Assembly: GCA_963799845.1 (NCBI GenBank) | Contig: CAWCYI010000001.1 | Location: forward strand, 32,001-96,000 | Direction of reading: 5' to 3' | DNA: 64,000 bases | Source of the DNA: an uncultured Nitrososphaerota archaeon | Lineage (GTDB): Archaea; Thermoproteota; Nitrososphaeria; Nitrososphaerales; CADDZS01 | Shown here: in pieces, positions 41,234 to 48,784 of the stretch | How positions within the stretch are numbered: the stretch's first letter is position 1 | How the letters are laid out: the number at the start of each line of letters is the position of its first letter | The notes under the pieces: generated by a model | Database searches by the model: none | Seen by the model: only the letters and a program-made list of their open reading frames with translations | Told to the model about the DNA's origin: nothing | Position numbers and translations under genes: made by a program

Positions 41234-41279
41234 ACACTGAGATAGATAAAATATCCTAATTAGAGACTTGAATCAAGAG

Positions 41280-41432
41280 TGCGGCGACCGGGATTTGAAC
41301 CCGGGTTACCAGCGAACTGCTCTCCACTGATGATCAGCGGAAATTGGCAGGCTGATGTCCTAGACCAGGATTTCCCGCAATTGAGCGCTAAATGTGTGCG
41401 AAAGGGACAAGTTGCGTCTAGACGATCGCCGC
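41280..41432 (-). tRNA. tRNA-Gly(GCC) with two introns (D-loop 15/16, 48 nt, 41370-41417; canonical 37/38, 30 nt, 41315-41344)
   Basis: The spliced sequence GCGGCGATCGTCTAG-CCTGGTCTAGGACATCAGCCTGCCA-CGCTGGTAACCCGGGTTCAAATCCCGGTCGCCGCA folds into a cloverleaf. Strict BHB at 37/38 (CTGC/GCAG helix, bulges CAA and TTC); relaxed BHB at 15/16. CCA not encoded. Confidence 0.92.
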
Positions 41433-41458
41433 GTCGAAACCACACAATCGTCTAACCG

Positions 41459-41466
41459 TTAATAAA
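41459..41466 (-). promoter_or_regulatory. TATA box of tRNA-Gly
   Basis: TTTATTAA on the minus strand, 27-34 nt upstream of G1. Confidence 0.55.
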
Positions 41467-41546
41467 CCAATATCCGATCTGAAACTTTTACCGAGACAAA
41501 ATATTTTCTGAGAATTCTTGCCAGTATTGAAAACGTCAAAAAACAC

Positions 41547-41554
41547 TTTTATCA
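41547..41554 (+). promoter_or_regulatory. TATA-like box of tRNA-Ala
   Basis: TTTTATCA about 27-34 nt upstream of G1, preceded by an A-rich BRE-like stretch. Confidence 0.45.
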
Positions 41555-41580
41555 AGTGTGCAAGAGAAGTGAAATATTGT

Positions 41581-41719
41581 GGGCCGGTCGTCTAGCCTGG
41601 CTGGATTGCTGAATGCATCCTCCCTAGAATCTTTCAGATTGCCTGTGATTTGACGGATAGCTTGGTAGGATACCACTTTGGCATGGTGGGGGTCCTGGGT
41701 TCAAATCCCAGCCGGTCCA
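41581..41719 (+). tRNA. tRNA-Ala(GGC) with a D-loop intron of about 65 nt (approx. 41596-41660)
   Basis: Acceptor stem GGGCCGG/CCGGTCC with the G3:U70 Ala identity pair and A73; anticodon arm CCACT-TTGGCAT-GGTGG; T arm CTGGG-TTCAAAT-CCCAG. Exact intron ends are ambiguous. Confidence 0.92.
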
Positions 41720-41885
41720 CTTTCATTTGACTTTTAAAATAGGTTTTAATGTCGAGCAGATGTTGTGTTAACGCTGGTAGGACAATCAGTGCCTATTTTT
41801 CGCGCTGAGGCACCTTATGTACTTTGAATTTCTAAAATCAGATCCTGATTCTTTTTGTTGAGAAAGCAAGGAAGGATCCGAGCTA

Positions 41886-43009
41886 ACCTGGCCGACATAA
41901 GTTCATAGACACCTGTTGGTCAGAAGGAATTTCTTCATGTCAAGATGCGAGCAAAACCTTCGCGTTCGATAGTATTCTGCCAGGATTGATTTCAGTTCTT
42001 TCAATGACGTCGGAAAGGTTGGAAGCCTTGAGAGATCCTTCTCACCCTCGCGCCAACACTCCTCCATCATGTTGAACTCTGGCGAAGCTGTCGGGATCCA
42101 TCTGACTCTGAGAGTCTTCCTGTTCTTACCCAAATAATCAGTTACGATCCTGGTTTTGTGGTGTTGCCTTGCTTTGTCAAGGAAGAGATAGAGTGATCCA
42201 AACTTCCTGTGCACCTTCTTCAGGTAGTCGAGGAATGTCTCGCCATTGAATTTCTCGTACTGCCTGAAGATTTGTGTCCCGTCCAGGCTGATCGCTCCAA
42301 ACACCACGGTGTTGCCGTGCGAGCCTGACACAATCCGAATCGGTCGAATCCCTTTGACCGCCCACACCCTTTTGGTTTCTATGTTCTGGACGAAGATTGA
42401 TTCGTCTTCGGATGCTACGGTGAAGCCTTCCGGGATATTCCTGAGGAGTCTTGCGGTCCTTTTTTAAATTCGAGCCTCTCTTCGAGGGAAGCCTTGTGAA
42501 GTAACCTCTTGTCAGGGACAATTGCTCTCACTCCCCACTTCTGCATCAACCTGTAGATGTGTCTCTCAGTGTATGCCACGTCTGCTTCCTTGCGGATCAT
42601 CTCCCTGACCTCCTTCACGGTCCAGCCGCATTCGTTCTTCACGACCTTCCTCTTCACCGCAATGAACTTGTTGTGATCGAGCTTCGGAGGTCTCCCGCTC
42701 CTTTCCATCGTCTTGAGTCCTTCTAGCCCATCTTTCTCGAAACGTCTAAGCCACGGTGTCGTCCATGATTTGTGCCGGTGAACTTCCCTTGCTACGTGCG
42801 ACGCCGGGACACCCTCGTACTTGACCTTCAGAACGAGGAATATCCTCTTGCTTACGTTTGCGTCCCTCTCCTCTCTATAAGCCTCTTCAACAATCTCCTT
42901 CGGTGCCTGTAATCGAGACATACAACCTGAGATAGGAAGGGAAGTTGGCCAAAAATGAGAATGTCTAGGTCTGTGGCCCTTTCAGTCTAATAATTTATGT
43001 CGGCCAGGT
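41886..43009 (-). mobile_element. IS630-family insertion sequence, complete
   Basis: Perfect 15-bp terminal inverted repeats ACCTGGCCGACATAA (41886-41900) and TTATGTCGGCCAGGT (42995-43009); TA on both sides; the reconstructed empty site is CTAG. Confidence 0.95.
41903..42921 (-). CDS. IS630 transposase (HTH ORF plus DDE ORF joined by a -1 frameshift at A6G, 42460-42465)
   Basis: HTH part with RSGRPPKL; the -1 frame gives KRTARLL...SEDES...LFLDKARQH...PTASPEFNMME (DDE triad). Confidence 0.92.
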
Positions 43010-43115
43010 TAGTTTAGGAGCTACTCGAGATCCTCAATATCCCGAGCTAAATTTCTATATTGGATTAGTCAATTCGTGATCTTCGCCTATTAGCATTCGA
43101 GTTCCAGAGTAAGCG

Positions 43116-43307
43116 CTAAGACTCGACCCGTTTCTCTTCCAGTAATTTGATCGCGGCGTCTAAACCATTGACAATCCATTCCATATCATTTGCCAAGTCG
43201 TAATCCTTGTTGCTGTTTGAGACGTCACGTTCAGTTGCTATACGACTGCGCTCCTGCTTGAGGTATTTTATCGCATAGTCGAGTTTGTGCTCGCCAGATT
43301 CAGCCAG
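43116..43307 (-). CDS. 63-aa helical hypothetical protein with CTG start (element cargo)
   Basis: GAGGTGA 6 nt upstream of CTG; (M)AESGEHKLDYAIKYLKQERSRIATERDVSNSNKDYDLANDMEWIVNGLDAAIKLLEEKRVES. Confidence 0.45.
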   Translation of the reverse strand: MAESGEHKLDYAIKYLKQERSRIATERDVSNSNKDYDLANDMEWIVNGLDAAIKLLEEKRVES

Positions 43308-43525
43308 TCAATTTCACCTCGAATCTCCCCTCATCTTTGGCTGCTGTACTATTCCTTTGTATGTATATCCTTCGAATATTCTAGTCAAACACCTGGTTCC
43401 TTCTTCTCAGTCGTCACTCGTCTGTGCAATGCTATCCTCATTGATTACCAGAGAGTCAACAGACCACAGTCCTATTGAGCTGACGAATCTAATCGGGACC
43501 CTAAATGTGGACCAATTCAAGCATT

Positions 43526-43541
43526 AATCCCGGCCGGTCCA
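43526..43541 (+). repeat. Direct repeat of the tRNA-Ala 3' end (attR-like)
   Basis: aatcccggccggtcca versus aatcccagccggtcca at 41704-41719: 15/16 identical. Confidence 0.8.
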
Positions 43542-43614
43542 ATCACGATTATCATTTACAGCATAATGATTGAAACATGAAAGCTAATTTGCGAGACAGC
43601 TCGAAAATCCTTTC

Positions 43615-43725
43615 GTGTCAGACGAGGCTTCGGACAATCTGCTCAAGAGATCGGAGAGGCGGAAGAAATCCAAAAAAAGGCGAAGAGGCCCTTACAGAAA
43701 ATCGAACATTCGTTCCATGGGCTAG
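43615..43725 (+). CDS. 36-aa highly basic microprotein (RGPYRKS motif)
   Basis: GTG start; MSDEASDNLLKRSERRKKSKKRRRGPYRKSNIRSMG; its stop overlaps the ridA stop in CTAG. Confidence 0.55.
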   Translation: MSDEASDNLLKRSERRKKSKKRRRGPYRKSNIRSMG

Positions 43726-44102
43726 CCGACCCTGTAAGCAATGACATCTACCTCGACCTTCGCATCCCTCGGCAATTTCGAAACTTCGACCGTTGATCGA
43801 GCTGGTGGCATCTCCCCGAAGAATTCACCATAGATCTTGTTGAATGTACTAAACTCGTCTATGTTTGTCAGGTAAACTGTGACCTTCAGAACTCTTGAAA
43901 GATCTGAGCCAACGGCAGCGAGAACTGCCTCAATGTTTCTGATGACCTGCCTTGTTTGTCCCTCTATTGTGGCTGCCTCAATTACTCCGGTCTTTGGGTT
44001 GAGCCCAATTTGACCAGAAAGGAAAAGAAGATCTTTGTACACGATCCCCTGAGAGTAGGGGCCAATCGCTTTCGGAGCATCGTCAGTTCTGATCGATTGC
44101 AT
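43722..44102 (-). CDS. ridA: RidA (YjgF/UK114) family imine deaminase
   Basis: AIGPYSQG, SGQIG, PARSTVEV, VEVD. Confidence 0.93.
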   Translation of the reverse strand: MQSIRTDDAPKAIGPYSQGIVYKDLLFLSGQIGLNPKTGVIEAATIEGQTRQVIRNIEAVLAAVGSDLSRVLKVTVYLTNIDEFSTFNKIYGEFFGEMPPARSTVEVSKLPRDAKVEVDVIAYRVG

Positions 44103-44146
44103 GAAGGATAAACAATAGCGGAATCGATTAACAGCTTATCGGCTTG

Positions 44147-44260
44147 CTAGTTTTTTCTCAACGCCACGACTATTATCGCAATGCCCGCTATAGCGATCGC
44201 GAGAACGAGCGCGACGACAGGGCCGACCTGGCTAGTAGCTTGCAGAAAAACGGTCTTCAA
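44147..44260 (-). CDS. Small single-TM protein (37 aa; alternative TTG at 44281)
   Basis: MKTVFLQATSQVGPVVALVLAIAIAGIAIIVVALRKN; co-oriented between pncB and ridA. Confidence 0.5.
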   Translation of the reverse strand: MKTVFLQATSQVGPVVALVLAIAIAGIAIIVVALRKN

Positions 44261-44354
44261 GATTGACAGAGAATTGATCAATGTCCCCGACAGCTCTAGC
44301 CTTCAGCCCAAAGAGGTTAAACTTTGCGCTTTTTCCGATTCCAGTATTCTCGAG

Positions 44355-45593
44355 CTAACCTACAATCATTCTGGGCGTTCCGCTGGAAAACTGTTTCACT
44401 TTCTTTACCGTTCTTTCTCGGAGCTCGTCAACCGGGATAAAATCTCGAACTATCGCTCCGTTTCTGATCAACGGCTGGAGCAGTGGTCGATAATTCTTCG
44501 ACGGAGGTTTTGAGTCAAGAGTGATAACATCGGTCAGGGAGGCATAATCTCTGAATACATTCTTGACTCCAGAAAGGTCTCCGCGCTTTGCGGTCAGAGT
44601 CTTATTTCCTTTGTCGTCTTCTAGCAGCACGATCTTTCCTCCAAAATCCATCACCGGTGAGGTCGAAATGCTGGTTCCAATCCCGAAGCCATCAACCCAA
44701 TCTCGCAGGTCGTTGATCTCTGCTTCATCGAGCCCCCCGGAGACGAAGATCTTTACGTTCTTTCCGCCCCTCGCCTCAAGTTCCCACCGAACTTCCTGAA
44801 CGATCTTCTTGAGGTCGCCGCGACGAGAGGATGGAGTGTCGAGCCGCACCCCGTAAAGGTCGTCACCAAGGGTTTCAAGAGCCTTGATCGCGGCCATCTT
44901 CTCGTCACTGAACGTGTCGATTAGAGCGATCCTTGGAACTCGTTTGGGGATTGCTTCGTTGAAAATTTTCCATGCCCTAACCTCGTCGCCGATGCATAGT
45001 ATGAACGCGTGCGGCATGGTCCCGCTTGCTTCTTTCTTGAGCAATTTCGCTCCAAGAACATTTGATACGCTGTCGATGCCACCGATATACGAGCTCCGCT
45101 CGATCATGGCTGCAAGGGCCGGGTGGGCTCTCCTCGTCCCGAAGCTCATCCCTATTTTTCCCTGAGCTGCCAGAACGACCCTCGCAGATTTGGTGCAGAT
45201 GCCGCTTGACTGACACAGGAATCCCAGAATCGGGTTTTCATACTTTGCAAAATCTGTATATTTTCCAATTATCCGAATTACTGGCTCGTAGACGGCAAGG
45301 TTTGGGTCGGTGAGGAACACTTCACCCTCTTCCATGGAATCAACGTCTATCGGAAGGCCTTCGAGCAGCTTCGCCACCTCGTAGATTCCGCAGACGACCG
45401 CCCAGTTATCTGAAAATGGAGTCTTTCTGGTGTAGACCTCCATCGTAACTATGGGATTAATCTTCGCGAATTCGAGAGCTTCTACAGCATACTGAAAGTA
45501 TACGTCGGTTGTTACAGCATCTTTGATCTCTTTTTCCTTGGGAATCCAAAAAAGACGGTCTTCGAGATCTCGTCTCTCAGTTTTCAAATTCAA
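44355..45593 (-). CDS. pncB: Nicotinate phosphoribosyltransferase
   Basis: TTDVYF, SFGTRR.HP, GTMPH, VRLDTP, VSGG. Confidence 0.92.
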   Translation of the reverse strand: MNLKTERRDLEDRLFWIPKEKEIKDAVTTDVYFQYAVEALEFAKINPIVTMEVYTRKTPFSDNWAVVCGIYEVAKLLEGLPIDVDSMEEGEVFLTDPNLAVYEPVIRIIGKYTDFAKYENPILGFLCQSSGICTKSARVVLAAQGKIGMSFGTRRAHPALAAMIERSSYIGGIDSVSNVLGAKLLKKEASGTMPHAFILCIGDEVRAWKIFNEAIPKRVPRIALIDTFSDEKMAAIKALETLGDDLYGVRLDTPSSRRGDLKKIVQEVRWELEARGGKNVKIFVSGGLDEAEINDLRDWVDGFGIGTSISTSPVMDFGGKIVLLEDDKGNKTLTAKRGDLSGVKNVFRDYASLTDVITLDSKPPSKNYRPLLQPLIRNGAIVRDFIPVDELRERTVKKVKQFSSGTPRMIVG

Positions 45594-45715
45594 AAATGTC
45601 CTTTTTTCTCCAACGTTGCTTGATCCGATTTAAGCAGTTGCCCCAGTAGTTTGACAGTTGTCAACGGGAAAGGAAATAAAGGCAGAAGCTCACTCATTAA
45701 TGGTAGCGTATCATT

Positions 45716-45901
45716 ATGAGTATTGACAGCCCGGATTCCCAGTCGAAGGTTTTTGGTGGAGTAATTTACGAGTGCGTAAGATGCGGAACCAAAGTGACCG
45801 CTGACGAGCTTGCACAGCTGCCGGAAATAAAATGCATCTGCGGGTATCGGGTTCTGAAGAAAGCGCGACCTCCGGTCGTGAAGCAGGTCAAATCAATCTA
45901 G
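45716..45901 (+). CDS. rpoP: RNA polymerase subunit P (Rpo12)
   Basis: YECVRCG...IKCICGYRVLKKARPP. Confidence 0.92.
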   Translation: MSIDSPDSQSKVFGGVIYECVRCGTKVTADELAQLPEIKCICGYRVLKKARPPVVKQVKSI

Positions 45902-45999
45902 TCTAGCCAAGCCAATACCTTTCGTTCGGCAATTGACGTAGAGCAAATAATGCCGAATTGCTTGCTTTAATTATCCTATTTTGGAATATTGATTTTCTA

Positions 46000-47037
46000 T
46001 TGAAGAGTAGCAAGGCTGTTGGCATAGACGGATATGGCGCTTATGTTCCATATTATAGACTGCCTACGGTCGAAATAGCCCGGGTCTGGCACGGCGGTGG
46101 CTCAGGTCCGAATCGGGAAAAAGCCGTTGCTTCGATCGACGAGGACACCACAACTATGGCGGTGGAAGCCGGGAGAACTGCGACCTTGATGGCGGGAGTG
46201 GGCTCGAATTTGGGAGTGATTTTTGTCGGGACAGAATCAAAAGTTTATGCGGTAAAGCCTACAGGCACCATAGTTGCCCAGGCCCTTGGTTGCCACAATG
46301 CTCTAACTGCTGATTTCGAGTTTGCTTGCAAGGCTGGAACCGAAGCCATTCAGGTCATCAGTGGTCTCGTCGGCTCGGGCATGATCGAACACGGATTGGC
46401 GATCGCCATGGACACTGCCCAGGGAAGACCGGGGGATGATTTGGAATACACGGCCGCCAGCGGAGGGGCAGCCTTTGTTATCGGAAAGTCGGACAGCGAT
46501 TCAGTCGCAAATATTTTGGGCAGCGTTTCCTATGTTTCTGATACCGGAGATTTTTGGAGGAGGCAAGGAGAAAAATATCCGAGGCACCTGTCTAGGTTTA
46601 CAGGAGAGCCGGCTTATTTTCACCACGTCGAAACGGCGGTGAAGAATCTTTTTTCTGAATTTGGGGCGAAACCTTCGGACTTTCAGTATGCCGTGTTTCA
46701 TCAACCGAATCCGAGGTTCCCGGTCGAGGCCGCGACCAGACTGGGATTTTCAATGAAGCAAATTGAAACCGGTTTGTTAAACCCCGTGATAGGAAATACG
46801 TATTCGGGGAGTTCGCCCTTGGGACTTGCCGCGGTTCTAGACGTTGCGCACCCCGGAGACAAGATCATGCTTTGTTCTTTTGGTTCAGGTGCGGGGAGTG
46901 ATGCGTTTATTATCGAGGCTCAGGAAAGCCTGCCAGCAAAACGCAAGCTAGGTATTCCTGTAAGAACTTTGGTCGAAAACAGTGCCAAAATTGATTATGC
47001 GATGTACACTAAATTACGGGAAAAACTGAGGCGCTAG
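46000..47037 (+). CDS. Hydroxymethylglutaryl-CoA synthase (archaeal)
   Basis: Catalytic Glu (GTES), Cys (EFACKAG) and His (FHQPN) present; GNTYSG, FGSGAG; TTG at 46000. Confidence 0.94.
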   Translation: MKSSKAVGIDGYGAYVPYYRLPTVEIARVWHGGGSGPNREKAVASIDEDTTTMAVEAGRTATLMAGVGSNLGVIFVGTESKVYAVKPTGTIVAQALGCHNALTADFEFACKAGTEAIQVISGLVGSGMIEHGLAIAMDTAQGRPGDDLEYTAASGGAAFVIGKSDSDSVANILGSVSYVSDTGDFWRRQGEKYPRHLSRFTGEPAYFHHVETAVKNLFSEFGAKPSDFQYAVFHQPNPRFPVEAATRLGFSMKQIETGLLNPVIGNTYSGSSPLGLAAVLDVAHPGDKIMLCSFGSGAGSDAFIIEAQESLPAKRKLGIPVRTLVENSAKIDYAMYTKLREKLRR

Positions 47038-47121
47038 CCTGACTAATCTGAATAGCCTTAACACGAATTTTTCTGTTCAATAAATTACAAAGAATGCAGA
47101 CATCGATTAGAGGCGATTCAT

Positions 47122-48266
47122 CTGTCAGCATACATCACTAGAACGGGTTTTACGAAAGTCGGTGATCACTGGGGAAAATCGATCTCTGAACTTGCCTTCG
47201 AGTCTTCTAGACCTATCTTGGAGAACGTGTCCGTAAAGCCCGATGTTGTAATAGTTTCCAATACCTATGCTGAATTGACCTCGTCCCAATCAAACCTGGG
47301 CCCGTTGATTGCTGATGTGCTCGGTCTCGAGAACATCGAGGCCCTTTCGGTCGAATCGTCTGGTGCTTCGGGCGCAGCAGCCGTTCACGTTGCGGTAAGC
47401 ATGATTGGTTCCGGGCAGGCAAAGTCCGTTTTAGTAGTAGGCGTAGAAAAGATGCGCGATCTCGAGCCTTCGAAGCTTGTCGGAATTCAGGGATTGTCTT
47501 CCAACGCAGAATATTCTCAGTTCTTCGGCATATCATTTGCTTCTTTGAACGCTCTTCTTGCAAGAATCTACATGAACGAGTACGGCGTTTCGAGAGAAAG
47601 CTGTCTGCATTTCCGGTCATAGCACACAGGAATTCTTCAACTGCGGAACATGCTCAATTCAGGAAGAAATTCACATCCGAAGAAGTTTCTAGGTCCGAGC
47701 TCGTCGCTGATCCAATTCGAGTCTTGGACTGCGCGCCTGTCGGCGATGGTGCCGCATCTTTACTACTAGTCGGCGAAGAGCTTGCAGGTACCGAGAAGTC
47801 TCCCGTACGGATCGCTGCTAGTGAGACTTCTTCATACGGTTCGAATGTGTTCGAAAGGCATCGGATGCTCCATTTTTCTTCCACTGAATCCGCGGCGAAG
47901 AGGGCATTGAAGAGTTCTGGAAAGTCTATTTCCGATATTGACTTTCTGGAAATTCATGATTCGTATTCGATACTAGCCGCACTTGAAATGGAATCTATGG
48001 GACTCTCCAAACCCGGTGATTCATGTATTGATGCCGAAGGTGGCAAGTTTGATTTGCATGGTAAATTTCCGATATCGACTTTTGGAGGGATGAAGGGAAG
48101 AGGATATCCCGTTGGGGCCGCAGGCGTATACCAGTTCTGCGAAGCTTTTGCACAGTTAACTGGGAAAGCTGGTTCAAACCAAGTCCCAGATTCTGAGACC
48201 GGGTTACTGCAGACAATGTCCGGAATTGACGAATCAAGTTATGTTCACATACTGACGAGGAGTTAG
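47122..48266 (+). CDS. Thiolase-fold protein of the HMGCS/thiolase/DUF35 cluster; catalytic motifs altered; frameshift near 47598
   Basis: The frame is open from CTG at 47122 (AYITRTGFTKVGDHW); VGVEKM, DCAPVGDGA, EIHD; one A missing in GAAAG joins the two ORFs. Confidence 0.85.
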
Positions 48267-48280
48267 GTCGATCAAATAAA

Positions 48281-48697
48281 ATGTCAGTCCCATACTGGCG
48301 CAGTCGCGATAGATACTATCGCATCTTGGGAAACAAGTGCCAAGAATGTAATCAGGAATACTTTCCTCCCGTAAAATTGTGCAAGAAATGCGGGTCAACT
48401 ATTCTTGGAGATCTGGAAATGCCGAGGACCGGCACTTTGGTGAGCTACACCCTTCAGAAGGAAAGCGTACAGGGGTTTGAAGATCAAGAACCCATGATTT
48501 TTGGGCTCCTTAAGCTGGAAAATGGTGTCAAGATAATCGGGCAGCTGGTCGATTTGCCTTACGAATCTCTAAGAGAAGGAATGAAATTGAACGCCGTTTT
48601 CAGGAGAATAAGGGTTGACGGAGAATCGGGACAAATTTTCTATGGCTACAAGTTTGGACCGAAGAGAGAATCCAAAGAGACTTCAAATCATCCCTGA
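48281..48697 (+). CDS. DUF35 family zinc-ribbon/OB-fold protein
   Basis: CQEC...FPP...CKKC plus OB fold; AVFRRI...YGYKF. Confidence 0.92.
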   Translation: MSVPYWRSRDRYYRILGNKCQECNQEYFPPVKLCKKCGSTILGDLEMPRTGTLVSYTLQKESVQGFEDQEPMIFGLLKLENGVKIIGQLVDLPYESLREGMKLNAVFRRIRVDGESGQIFYGYKFGPKRESKETSNHP

Positions 48698-48784
48698 CAT
48701 CGTTATTAATCGAATTTTTTATTTTTCATATTCAAAGTTTGAATTTCTCAATATCCATCATAGGGTTGAGGTTCTAGAAGAATT

